Below are positions 30,536 to 42,090 of a DNA stretch of 64,000 nucleotides, piece by piece. The stretch lies in sequence record OR539220.1; one strand, given 5' to 3'. The DNA is from Escherichia phage vB-Eco-KMB40. The notes below the pieces were generated by a model that worked only from the letters and a program-made list of their open reading frames with translations, was not told where the DNA came from and ran no database searches. Numbering within the stretch: position 1 is the first letter of the stretch; each line of letters starts with the position of its first letter. Both the position numbers and the translations under genes were made by a program.

Positions 30536-30885
30536 TTAGAAAGGTCCTGGATGTCTTCTGCGAACTTGTTGAAGGAGTTGTTGATTTGTTTTTCAACCAA
30601 TCCTGGCTTATGAGCCACCACATCCGCCTTCTTTGCATCTTTGCGCAGTTTTTCATTTTCACGCTCAATAGCAGCAATTGCCTCACGATTTTTATTATTC
30701 ATCGCATCAATATAATTATACTGAATTCGCAAATTATTTAATGCTAAAGCGTTTTCATTGGCTGTTTTTGTAATTTCAGTAACTGATGTTTCTAATCTTT
30801 CTACCTTATTTTTTAAAATAATAGATGTTCCGCCTAATGCTATTACAATTAATAGCAAACCTGCTGTCGTATTACTTAATTGCAT
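30532..30885 (-). CDS. predicted membrane-anchored coiled-coil protein
   Basis: 117 aa; N-terminal hydrophobic helix then charged helical region. Confidence 0.5.
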   Translation of the reverse strand: MQLSNTTAGLLLIVIALGGTSIILKNKVERLETSVTEITKTANENALALNNLRIQYNYIDAMNNKNREAIAAIERENEKLRKDAKKADVVAHKPGLVEKQINNSFNKFAEDIQDLSK

Positions 30886-31382
30886 AAAGTTTTAATAACC
30901 TCTATAATATCGTCTTGAGAAAGACCGTTAATTAAAATATGATGTTCAGCCGGAGATTTAGAAATTTTAAAGCATGCCTCAACATCTTCTGCCATATCCG
31001 ATGCGCTACGATTTGGATTACTAATTCCAAGGCGGTGTTTTCCCGTCAAAGGATTAACAATAATGTAGCATTTACAGCTATTGATATGAACATTAGGCTG
31101 AGTCTGATTAATGAACACTTCACAATCATACTTAGCGAGTTGATTTTCTAAAAAGACTTTCATTTCCTCAACCGCATCAGGAAGCATATCACGGGCTTGC
31201 TCAAGACGACGATTTCGATATTCTTTAATGGTCGTTTTCCGCTTGACTTGCTTTGCTAAATCTTTCTTAAGATCGGTGATATATCCAACTCGACGATTTC
31301 CTTTGAATACAGAAATCCCATCTGTAGTATCACCGTATGCTTCAACGACCATTTCAGTAGTAATAAGTTGTAAATCCATCAT
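30876..31382 (-). CDS. alc: Alc, host transcription elongation inhibitor
   Basis: 168 aa; size and position as T4 alc; early promoter upstream. Confidence 0.75.
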   Translation of the reverse strand: MMDLQLITTEMVVEAYGDTTDGISVFKGNRRVGYITDLKKDLAKQVKRKTTIKEYRNRRLEQARDMLPDAVEEMKVFLENQLAKYDCEVFINQTQPNVHINSCKCYIIVNPLTGKHRLGISNPNRSASDMAEDVEACFKISKSPAEHHILINGLSQDDIIEVIKTLCN

Positions 31383-31410
31383 AAAGTCCTCATGTTATGT
31401 CAGTAAGATT

Positions 31411-31440
31411 ATTATAACACAACACGAGGGACTTGTAAAC
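31411..31440 (-). promoter_or_regulatory. early promoter for alc
   Basis: Minus GTTTAC (plus 31435-31440), 18 nt, TATAAT. Confidence 0.55.
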
Positions 31441-31443
31441 AGC

Positions 31444-33031
<1,588 letters not shown>

Positions 33032-33039
33032 AATAAAAT

Positions 33040-33053
33040 GGGCCTTGCGGCCC
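33040..33053 (-). promoter_or_regulatory. hairpin GGGCC-TTGC-GGCCC between nrdB stop and denA start
   Basis: 5-bp GC stem 9 nt upstream of denA ATG; followed by AUUUUAUUAUG. Confidence 0.35.
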
Positions 33054-33058
33054 ACTCC

Positions 33059-34228
33059 TTAAAAGTATTTTTTAAAACTCATCATAACTTTATCATCAAC
33101 ATCATTATCAATCTGTGCAACAAGGTAAGATGACAGTTCTACTTCTTGTGGCGCGGATTGAACATTATCAGAATTAAGATATTCACGAATCCAAGGATAT
33201 GGATGTTTAACCGGAGCATCGGTAATTGGGCATGGAAGACCACACTGTTTCATACGAGATACAGTTAAGTAATCAATAAAGCTCCACATGCTATTTGTAT
33301 TTAATCCAGGAACATCGCCATCTTTAAATAAATGAACTGCCCAATCTTTTTCTTGGCGGTTAACTTCCATGAAAATATCAACTGCTTCTTGTTCACACTC
33401 TTTAGCAATTTTAACCCATTCATCGCCGTCTGTTCCAAGCTGAAGTTGACGAATAATATATTGGGTGCCCTTGAGGTGGAGCTGTTCATCACGAGCAATG
33501 AACTTCATAATCTTGGCATTACCTTCCATGATTTCCATATTCTTGTGGAAGTTAAAGGTACATGCAAAAGATACATAAAAACGAATAGCTTCCAATGCAT
33601 TGATTACATGGAGGCAAAGATAAAGAGATTTCATCAGCTCTCGTTTGGCGTATTCAACGACTTTACCAAGTTCATCTTTGCGCCAACCTTCAGACAAAAT
33701 TCCTTCGTATTCTTCTTTAGCGTTTTCCCATTCACGGGTTTTAATCAGAACATCATCATAATAGCGACCGATAGATTCAGCACGTTTCATAATAGCTTCA
33801 TCTAATACAATCTCATCAAATACCTTCGATGGATCAGTATAAAGATTTCGCATGATATGAGTATATGAACGACTGTGAATAGTTTCACTAAAAGTCCATG
33901 TAGCAACCCATGTATCAAGACTTGGGTCTGAAATTAATGACATAAGTACAGCAGACGGCGCACGACCCTGAATGCTATCCAAAAGTGATTGATACTTCAA
34001 GTTGTTAGTAAAAATATTCTGCTGATACTGAGGAAGCTTATTAAACTGTGCAGCATCCATCATTAAGTTTACTTCTTCGGGACGCCAGAAAAATGATAAG
34101 GACTTCTCTGTAAGTTCTTCAAATACTCGATGCCGTTGAATATCATAACGCGCAATACCAAGACCTGAACCAAAAAACATAGGTTCTTTTAAAACATCAA
34201 CTGGATTTGTATTAAAAACTGTGCTCAT
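33059..34228 (-). CDS. nrdB: ribonucleotide reductase small subunit, contiguous (no intron)
   Basis: 389-aa uninterrupted ORF. Confidence 0.95.
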   Translation of the reverse strand: MSTVFNTNPVDVLKEPMFFGSGLGIARYDIQRHRVFEELTEKSLSFFWRPEEVNLMMDAAQFNKLPQYQQNIFTNNLKYQSLLDSIQGRAPSAVLMSLISDPSLDTWVATWTFSETIHSRSYTHIMRNLYTDPSKVFDEIVLDEAIMKRAESIGRYYDDVLIKTREWENAKEEYEGILSEGWRKDELGKVVEYAKRELMKSLYLCLHVINALEAIRFYVSFACTFNFHKNMEIMEGNAKIMKFIARDEQLHLKGTQYIIRQLQLGTDGDEWVKIAKECEQEAVDIFMEVNRQEKDWAVHLFKDGDVPGLNTNSMWSFIDYLTVSRMKQCGLPCPITDAPVKHPYPWIREYLNSDNVQSAPQEVELSSYLVAQIDNDVDDKVMMSFKKYF

Positions 34229-34279
34229 AAATTTTCCACTTAGTTAATAGATAGTGACTCGTCCATGAGTCAAATTATA

Positions 34280-36544
34280 TCATAATTTACAGGATGAACA
34301 ATCTTCAGCTTTTGGAGTTTCTATTTCATAATCATCAGTACCAGAACCATCACGGGTATTATGATAATAGAAATTTTTTCCGCCAAAATACCAGAAATAC
34401 AAAAGGTCATCAATCATTATTGACATTGGAACCTTTCCTTTTGGAAAAATCTGCGGGTCATAGTATGTATTTGCTGAAGCTGATTGACATACCCATTTCA
34501 GCATAATAGCTACCTGCGTAAGATAAGGTTTATTACCTTTCTTAGCTAATTTCCACGTATAATCATATAGGTCTATGTTATGCTCAATATTGGGCACGAC
34601 TTGATTAAAGGAGCCCTCTTTTGATTCTTTAACAGAGACTGGTCCACGTGGAGGCTCGATACCGTTTGTACTGTTAGAAACTTGGGAAGATGACTCACAT
34701 GGCATAAGTGCTGATAATGTGCTATTACGGATGCCAAAGAGCTTAAGGTCTTCCCGCAGCGCCGACCAGTCACAAACGTATTTTGGAGCTGCGATTTGGT
34801 CAATCTTTTTATTGTACCAGTCGATAGGTAATTCGCCTCGAGACCAACGAGTGTCTGAATAATATTCGCAAGGTCCTTTTTCTTTGGCGAGCTTAATGGA
34901 TGCTTTAATGAGTCCATACTGTAATCTCTCAAATAGTTCATGTGTTAAATCGTTAGCATCTTCATAAGAAGCAAAGTTACTTGCCAGCCAAGCTGCATAG
35001 TTGGTAACACCTACACCGAGGTTACGACGCTTTTTAGCTTTTTCTGCTTCAGGAACTGGATATCCTTGGTAATCCAAAAGATTATCAAGAGCACGAACTT
35101 GAACTTCTGCCAATTCATTAATTTTATCTTGGTCTTGCCAATCGAAGTTATCCAACACAAATGCAGATAACGTGCACAAGCCAATTTCAGCATCAGGACT
35201 ATTCACATCATTTGTTGGAATAGCAATTTCACAACACAAGTTACTCTGACGAATAGGTGCCTTTTCACGAATAAACGGAGTATAGTTATTCGTATTATCA
35301 ATGAACTGTACATAAATCCTTGCTGTTCCTGAACGTTCAGTCATGAGCAATTCAAATAGTTCACGGGCTTTAATACGCTTTTTACGAATATTAGGGTCCT
35401 TTTCTGCTGCTTCGTATAATTCACGGAAACGGTCTTGGTCTTTAAAATAAGAATAATAAAGCTCTCCACCCATTTCATGCGGACTGAACAAAGTAATGTA
35501 ATCGTTCTTTCCGAATCGTTCCATCATCAAATCATTCAGTTGAACACCATAATCCATATGACGAATGCGGTTTTCTTCTACGCCTTTGTTATTTTTCAAA
35601 ACGAGAAGATTTTCAACTTCCAAATGCCAAATAGGATAATAAGCAGTAGCAGCGCCGCCACGAATTCCACCCTGTGAGCATGATTTAACAGCAGTCTGAA
35701 AATGTTTCCAAAAAGGAATAACCCCAGTATGGCGTACTTCACCCATGCCAATCTTAGAACCTTCGGCACGAATCATACCAACGTTAATACCAATTCCAGC
35801 GCGTTTAGAGATATATTCAACAATTGAAGCAGAAGCCTTATTGATAGACTTCAGCGAATCACCTGCCTCAATAACAACACATGAACTAAACTGTCGAGTC
35901 GGAGTACGGCAACCAGCCATAATAGGAGTTGGCAATGAAATCTGTCGAGTAGATACTGCTTCATAAAAACGGATAACATGTTTTAATCTATCAACAGGTT
36001 CATCTTGATGTAATGCCATTCCAATAGTCATAAATGCAAACTGTGGAGTTTCATAAATTTGACCAGTGGTTTTATCTTTAACTAAATATTTTTCTTTTAA
36101 TTGCATCGCCCCGGAATAAGTAAATTCCATATCCCGCTCGTGCTTAATTTTTGATTCTAAAAATGTAATTTCTTCTGCTGAATATTTTGACAATAATTCA
36201 GGGTCATATTTACCTTCATTTACACAGTAAGAAATATGGTCAATAAATGAACGTGGTTCATACTGCCCATAAACATGCTTACGAAGAGCAAACATTAAAC
36301 AGCGTGCAGCTACATATTGATAATCGGGCTCTTCAACCGAAATAGAATTCGCAGCGGCCTTAATGACAATAGTCTGAATATCATCAGTTGTCATTCCATC
36401 ACGGAGATAAGATTTAATATTTTCATATAATTCATAAGGATCTACTGATGTTCCCTCAGCTGCCCAAGATAAAACTTTAATAATTTTTTGTGGGTCAAAG
36501 CTCTGAGAAACACCACTACTTTTGATAACATTAATTAATTGCAT
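34280..36544 (-). CDS. nrdA: ribonucleotide reductase large subunit
   Basis: 754 aa; matches T4 NrdA. Confidence 0.95.
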   Translation of the reverse strand: MQLINVIKSSGVSQSFDPQKIIKVLSWAAEGTSVDPYELYENIKSYLRDGMTTDDIQTIVIKAAANSISVEEPDYQYVAARCLMFALRKHVYGQYEPRSFIDHISYCVNEGKYDPELLSKYSAEEITFLESKIKHERDMEFTYSGAMQLKEKYLVKDKTTGQIYETPQFAFMTIGMALHQDEPVDRLKHVIRFYEAVSTRQISLPTPIMAGCRTPTRQFSSCVVIEAGDSLKSINKASASIVEYISKRAGIGINVGMIRAEGSKIGMGEVRHTGVIPFWKHFQTAVKSCSQGGIRGGAATAYYPIWHLEVENLLVLKNNKGVEENRIRHMDYGVQLNDLMMERFGKNDYITLFSPHEMGGELYYSYFKDQDRFRELYEAAEKDPNIRKKRIKARELFELLMTERSGTARIYVQFIDNTNNYTPFIREKAPIRQSNLCCEIAIPTNDVNSPDAEIGLCTLSAFVLDNFDWQDQDKINELAEVQVRALDNLLDYQGYPVPEAEKAKKRRNLGVGVTNYAAWLASNFASYEDANDLTHELFERLQYGLIKASIKLAKEKGPCEYYSDTRWSRGELPIDWYNKKIDQIAAPKYVCDWSALREDLKLFGIRNSTLSALMPCESSSQVSNSTNGIEPPRGPVSVKESKEGSFNQVVPNIEHNIDLYDYTWKLAKKGNKPYLTQVAIMLKWVCQSASANTYYDPQIFPKGKVPMSIMIDDLLYFWYFGGKNFYYHNTRDGSGTDDYEIETPKAEDCSSCKL

Positions 36545-36861
36545 AAGTCCTCAACTTGAAAATCGTCTTTAAACAATCGGTTAACTATATGAGCTATTAT
36601 ATCACCATGACACGGCTTTGGTTTACATGTGCATCCTAGCCTCATTCCACGTAAAGGCTCTAAATGTGCTTTAGTTATTTCTCCGGATTTAATTCGACGT
36701 ATAAAATCTTTTTTAAATAATTCAATGGCAGCCTCCCGGCTGCCAGCATCTTTACCGACGTAATTTCCCCAAAATGTACCGCGGTGAATATTAACATCAA
36801 AGTCGGATTTATATTTATTCACTACCCGGCATAGACGGCCCGCGCGGTGATAATTCAGCAT
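36535..36861 (-). CDS. small protein with RGTFWGN and [11 protein letters not shown] motifs (nrdA.1 position)
   Basis: 108 aa; motifs resemble DUF4326-type small proteins as I recall them. Confidence 0.5.
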   Translation of the reverse strand: MLNYHRAGRLCRVVNKYKSDFDVNIHRGTFWGNYVGKDAGSREAAIELFKKDFIRRIKSGEITKAHLEPLRGMRLGCTCKPKPCHGDIIAHIVNRLFKDDFQVEDLCN

Positions 36862-37090
36862 ATTGTTTTTCCGTCAAAACAGTAATATCGTAGTAACAGT
36901 CAGAAGAAGTTTTAACTGTGGAAATTTTATTATCAAAATACTCACGGGTCATTTTATGAGTATAATATTTTTTACCATAAATGATAATAGGCTGATTTGG
37001 TCCTGGAACTTCTAACTCACTTGGGTTAGGAAGTGTAAAAAGAACGGCACCAGAAGTATCTTTAAATCGTAAAATCATATATCCTCTCAA
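36815..37090 (-). CDS. hypothetical protein (nrdA.2 position)
   Basis: 91-aa ORF; 47-nt out-of-frame overlap with downstream ORF. Confidence 0.45.
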   Translation of the reverse strand: MRGYMILRFKDTSGAVLFTLPNPSELEVPGPNQPIIIYGKKYYTHKMTREYFDNKISTVKTSSDCYYDITVLTEKQYAELSPRGPSMPGSE

Positions 37091-37101
37091 TTAAATTAAA
37101 A

Positions 37102-37962
37102 TTATACCGCCATCTTTCCTTTAATTGGCGGGTGAGATACATAGTTGTTAAGAACGAAATCTTTAGGTCTAAGTTTAAGAACATATTTTAATTGTTCTTT
37201 AGTAGAAAGATATCGGAATTTATAAGGTAGACCACTTATTACCAGCTCACAAAGCTCTTTAGGTTCACGCCTCAATATTTCTTTACACTGTTCTACGTGA
37301 TTCATATAGATATGAGTATTACCACCAGAAAATATCAAATCTCCTGGAATAAGATTACACATCTTAGCTACAATATGAACTAACGTAGCATATGATGCAA
37401 TATTAAATGGAAGACCGAGAAAAACATCTACCGAACGTTGATACCACTGCAAATCCAAATAGCCATTACGCACATTAAACTGATAGAACATATGACAAGG
37501 CGGTAATGCCATATATTTAAGTTCAGCTGGATTCCATGCTGAAACAATTTGACGCCTATCATTTGGCAGTTTTTTAATACGATCAACAACTTCTATAATT
37601 TGGTCTACACCACCAAAATCACGCCACTGTTTTCCATAAATTGGACCAAGTTCACCGCTATGGTATCCTAAATCTTTTGCTTGATTTTCGTAATTTTCAT
37701 CCCAGACTGTTTTGCCTTGAATTAATGAATCATGCTGAATTAATCGTAAATCATTGACATTTGTGCTTCCTGATAAAAACCAAAGCAGCTCAGCAATGCA
37801 AGCTTTCCAAGCGAGCTTTTTAGTTGTTACTGCAGGAAAACCTTTGGTTAAATCCCAACGCAATTTAGTACCGAACAAAGCAATTGTTCCTGTGCCTGTT
37901 CGGTCATCGGTTTCATAACCATTTTCAAAAATGTCTTTAATTAAATCTTGGTATTGTTTCAT
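37102..37962 (-). CDS. td: thymidylate synthase, contiguous (no intron)
   Basis: 286-aa uninterrupted ORF; MKQYQDLIKDIFENGYETDDRTGTGT... Confidence 0.95.
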   Translation of the reverse strand: MKQYQDLIKDIFENGYETDDRTGTGTIALFGTKLRWDLTKGFPAVTTKKLAWKACIAELLWFLSGSTNVNDLRLIQHDSLIQGKTVWDENYENQAKDLGYHSGELGPIYGKQWRDFGGVDQIIEVVDRIKKLPNDRRQIVSAWNPAELKYMALPPCHMFYQFNVRNGYLDLQWYQRSVDVFLGLPFNIASYATLVHIVAKMCNLIPGDLIFSGGNTHIYMNHVEQCKEILRREPKELCELVISGLPYKFRYLSTKEQLKYVLKLRPKDFVLNNYVSHPPIKGKMAV

Positions 37963-37965
37963 TTA

Positions 37966-38372
37966 GTACCTTATATAAATTATAATACATTTTATGAAGC
38001 TAATAATTAATATGGTTTAGCATCAAATTTTCTTTCGATTTCAGGAGTGAAATATAATTCTTTACCGCGTTTAGAAAAGCGACCAATAATATGATAATTA
38101 TTCTCATCAAACGTAATATTGCCAATATCCATGGCTTTCAACCAAATATCGATATTTCTATCCAGTTTTATATCAAAATTCCAATACGGAGAACTATTAC
38201 CGAAAATACTGCAAGCGGATTCAGTGAAACAACTACTATAAATCTTGTCTTTAGGAACTACTAATTGATAGACGCCTTTAATAAACTGAGGACCCTGCCA
38301 TTTTGGTTGTTTTGCGTCTTTTTCTAATAGAATAGGGTAATAATTAAAGTTCATATTTTCCGCCACGCGTTA
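37966..38372. other. 407-bp inserted cassette at frd/td junction flanked by 9-bp direct repeats
   Basis: TTTCATTTA at 37957-37965 and 38373-38381; frd stop overlaps a remnant ATGAAATAA; contains 115-aa ORF. Confidence 0.5.
38007..38354 (-). CDS. hypothetical protein (ORFan inside frd/td insertion)
   Basis: 115 aa from ATG 38354 (supplied ORF uses GTG 38366); no motif recognised. Confidence 0.5.
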   Translation of the reverse strand: MNFNYYPILLEKDAKQPKWQGPQFIKGVYQLVVPKDKIYSSCFTESACSIFGNSSPYWNFDIKLDRNIDIWLKAMDIGNITFDENNYHIIGRFSKRGKELYFTPEIERKFDAKPY

Positions 38373-38374
38373 TT

Positions 38375-39293
<919 letters not shown>

Positions 39294-39385
39294 TATATTT
39301 TCCTCAAATTCATTTAAATCAAGACTATGCAATTTTTAAAGCATTGCATAATAGAATTCATCATTCATAAACTCAAATACAAAAA

Positions 39386-39745
39386 TTATATTATCTCCCA
39401 TCGAAAAGGGTCAGGAGCATATCCGATAGAGTTAATCATTTTAACTAAAGTTACCATTCCTTTGTTAACTGCTTGTGCGATTTCATCAAAAACTTCATCG
39501 CTATCATCATAAAGGTCATTAAAAAGTTCTAACACGTTCTTCTGAACTTTTAATTTATGACCAACAATCTCGCCTACAGTAAATTCGTTTCCGCCGATTC
39601 CAGTGTAAAACGTAATTACACCAGTTAACAGACTTTCGCGAGAATCTAGGTCATGTGATAAATTAATATAAGCCATCCCGGGTGCAGTTTTAAGTTGGCA
39701 ACGAATTCTTACTTGGGTAATTCCGGTTACATGAATGTCGGACAT
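39386..39745 (-). CDS. hypothetical protein
   Basis: 119-aa ORF. Confidence 0.5.
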   Translation of the reverse strand: MSDIHVTGITQVRIRCQLKTAPGMAYINLSHDLDSRESLLTGVITFYTGIGGNEFTVGEIVGHKLKVQKNVLELFNDLYDDSDEVFDEIAQAVNKGMVTLVKMINSIGYAPDPFRWEII

Positions 39746-39755
39746 ATTATTTTCC

Positions 39756-39998
39756 TCAAATAGACTTTTTCACAATTTTCCAATCAGCTTTAAACTGATC
39801 AACGTCAGAATGGTAAATCCAGAATCCTGCGCTTTCTCCGTCTTCATAAAGAGGACATCCATCGCATTCATCTTCCCATCCCATATCACGTAAAAGATGT
39901 TCAGCTTTTTCAATGAGTTCAGAATCTTTACCGATGATATTAAAATACCATTTACCTCTAACTTCTGAATCTTTGATGCTCTGGCGTTGTAATCTCAT
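39756..39998 (-). CDS. hypothetical protein
   Basis: 80 aa from ATG 39998 with RBS GAGGAG; supplied ORF extended through the promoter. Confidence 0.5.
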   Translation of the reverse strand: MRLQRQSIKDSEVRGKWYFNIIGKDSELIEKAEHLLRDMGWEDECDGCPLYEDGESAGFWIYHSDVDQFKADWKIVKKSI

Positions 39999-40024
39999 TT
40001 TATTCTCCTCAAGTTGATAGGGTA

Positions 40025-40054
40025 ATAGTATCACACTACTACCCTGTTGTAAAC
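40025..40054 (-). promoter_or_regulatory. early promoter
   Basis: Minus GTTTAC (plus 40049-40054), 18 nt, TACTAT, then leader CCCTATCAAC. Confidence 0.5.
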
Positions 40055-40056
40055 AA

Positions 40057-40359
40057 TTATTTTTGAATTTTATCGAGCCACTTACCAAGCTTAATCATTT
40101 CTTTAATAGCCTTTTCCATACTTCTGAACTTAACCAATAGAGGATAGGTATCGACACCCATAACTAAACTGGTTACAAGACTGTGTTCACCCACAAGCCA
40201 TAACGAATACGTTTGAATATCGAGTCCGTAATTTCTGTCTTTATGGACCCGTACACCCATCACTTCAAATTTCTCACTAGCTTTTTCTACCGCATCCAGG
40301 AAATCATCTTTAGTCATATTAGGCCTTAAAAGTTTTTTGCAAAAGTTCAATGATTTCAT
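40057..40359 (-). CDS. hypothetical protein
   Basis: 100-aa ORF; alternative ATG at 40317. Confidence 0.45.
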   Translation of the reverse strand: MKSLNFCKKLLRPNMTKDDFLDAVEKASEKFEVMGVRVHKDRNYGLDIQTYSLWLVGEHSLVTSLVMGVDTYPLLVKFRSMEKAIKEMIKLGKWLDKIQK

Positions 40360-40684
40360 CTACATTGTTTTCATCAACAATGCAGTGAATTTTTGTTACG
40401 CCAGAAACCTTGTCTTTAACTTCATCCTCTTCAGAAGTCGGTTCTTTATATTCGCGGAAACAATGAAATTCGTCTTCACAAACGTTAAAGTAAAAATGCT
40501 TTCCATTTGCGCATTCAATGTGTTTTATTACTCTAAATCCATCAACAAAGAAAGCTTCTTTAACTTCAAACCATCCGCCGTTTTCTTGAATAATTTTAAC
40601 TATTGATGAATTAGAACGTGGGCGATAATTAATAAATGTATCAATAAGTCTTGGAACAAGCTCATACTTTTTGCCGATATACAT
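40319..40684 (-). CDS. hypothetical protein
   Basis: 121 aa from ATG 40684 with RBS GAGGAAA. Confidence 0.5.
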   Translation of the reverse strand: MYIGKKYELVPRLIDTFINYRPRSNSSIVKIIQENGGWFEVKEAFFVDGFRVIKHIECANGKHFYFNVCEDEFHCFREYKEPTSEEDEVKDKVSGVTKIHCIVDENNVDEIIELLQKTFKA

Positions 40685-40699
40685 TACGGTTTCCTCATT

Positions 40700-40739
40700 T
40701 TGATAGGGGCTTGATAGGGGCTTGATAGCCCCTTGATAA
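40700..40739. repeat. 11-bp tandem repeat (about 3.6 copies) with perfect palindrome GGGGCTTGATAGCCCC
   Basis: TTGATAGGGGC, TTGATAGGGGC, TTGATAGCCCC, TTGATAA; fills the spacer between two minus-strand ORFs. Confidence 0.7.
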
Positions 40740-40970
40740 TTATTGTTCAATCAGTCCCATGTAAAATTCTGCGTCTTCAGAATCCATGCCATCACAATAT
40801 TCATTAGCCATAAAGCGGGTGAGGTCTTCAAGAGGACCTTCAATGACAATAGAAAAATTGCAATAATTGGGATCATCGTGAATACTTGTGATACTAAGTT
40901 CAGGATAACGATTACGAATAATTTCTTCAATATATTCAAAATCAACGATGTCAATATCAACTTTAGCCAT
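40740..40970 (-). CDS. hypothetical acidic protein
   Basis: 76 aa from ATG 40970 with RBS GAGGAAAAT; supplied ORF extended through the promoter. Confidence 0.5.
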   Translation of the reverse strand: MAKVDIDIVDFEYIEEIIRNRYPELSITSIHDDPNYCNFSIVIEGPLEDLTRFMANEYCDGMDSEDAEFYMGLIEQ

Positions 40971-41013
40971 ATTATTTTCCTCTTTAATTATCAGCAGTAT
41001 TGCCGATAGTTGT

Positions 41014-41043
41014 ATAGTACCATGGAAGGACAAGGATGTAAAC
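41014..41043 (-). promoter_or_regulatory. early promoter
   Basis: Minus GTTTAC (plus 41038-41043), 18 nt, TACTAT; AT-rich UP-like tract. Confidence 0.5.
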
Positions 41044-41061
41044 AGTTTTGTGAAAAATTTT

Positions 41062-41092
41062 TAAAATAAAAAAGGGGACCCTAGAGGTCCCC
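41062..41092 (-). terminator. gene 32 terminator GGGGACC-loop-GGTCCCC plus U-run
   Basis: 7-bp GC stem 22 nt after gene 32 stop; UUUUUUAUUUUA tail on minus strand. Confidence 0.55.
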
Positions 41093-41114
41093 AATTAATT
41101 AGTAATATAATCTA

Positions 41115-42020
41115 TTAAAGGTCATTCAAAAGGTCATCCAGGTCCGTGTCATCAGCACTAGATGAACTGCCAGAGCTTGAGCTCATAAAATCATCTTCAG
41201 TTTTTGTATTGAAGTCATCAACATTGAATGCATCCAAATCATCAGCAACTTTATCAGCTTTCTTAGCAGCAGTTGCAGCGGCACCGCCCATCACAGCAGT
41301 TCCCATAACTTGACCGAATTTAGTGCTCAGTTCTTCAAATGATTTGAATTTATCTTTAGAAGTCATTTCAGAAAGGTCAACCATTTGTTCGAACAGTTCT
41401 TTCTGGAAAGATTCATCATCAATGTTTGGAATCGCAGATTGATTCAGGAATTTAGATTCATCGTAGTTACTAAATCCAGAAACCTGTTTAACTTTCAGTA
41501 CAAAGTTAGCACCTTCCCACGGACAAGTTACATCAACCGGAGTTTCACCCATTTCAACATCAACTGCAATCATTGCATTGATTTTATCCCAGATTTTCTT
41601 ACCGAAACGGTATTTAAATACTTTACCTTCATTTTCTGGAGCAGCTGGGTCTTTTACAACAAGAATATTAGCCCAGTAAGAAGTTTTACGTTTAACAAGA
41701 CCGTACTCTTTATTGTCAGTGTTGTACAGATCATTTTTACTGATGTATTGACATACTGGGCAAGAATCGTAATCACCGTGGGTAGATGAACATGTTTCAA
41801 TATACCATTTACCATTTTTCTTGAAACCGTGATTTACAAGAATTGCGAATGGTGCTTGTTCATCATTTTTAGACGGAAGAAAACGAATTACTGCTTGACC
41901 GTTACCCGCATTATCGAGTTTCAGTTTCCACTCGCCTTTATCTTCAGAAGAAAAACCTTTATTGCCATTCAGTTTAGCCATTTGTGCAGCAAGTTCAGCA
42001 GTAGATTTACGTTTAAACAT
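41115..42020 (-). CDS. 32: single-stranded DNA-binding protein gp32
   Basis: 301 aa; [23 protein letters not shown]... matches T4 gp32. Confidence 0.95.
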
Positions 42021-42090
42021 TTTATTTCCTTTTTAATTTAATTTAATTAACAGTTGGTGCTATGACACTTTACCTCATAGCTGGCATAAT
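42021..42090 (-). promoter_or_regulatory. gene 32 translational operator (pseudoknot plus UUAAA repeats)
   Basis: Minus-strand leader GCUAUGAGGUAAAGUGUCAUAGCACCAACUGUUAAUUAAAUUAAAUUAAAAAGGAAAUAAAAUG matches the T4 autoregulatory leader as recalled. Confidence 0.65.

Noticed and set aside
33059-37962. Group I introns or inteins in nrdB, nrdA or td
   Set aside because: All three genes are single contiguous ORFs of the expected protein length; no internal stop-rich insert.
37966-38372. Homing endonuclease as payload of the frd/td insertion
   Set aside because: The 115-aa ORF has no GIY-YIG, HNH or LAGLIDADG motif that I can see; left as an unknown ORFan.
40700-40739. Possible CRISPR array
   Set aside because: Repeat unit is only 11 bp with no spacers, about 3.6 copies, and no cas genes anywhere in the window.
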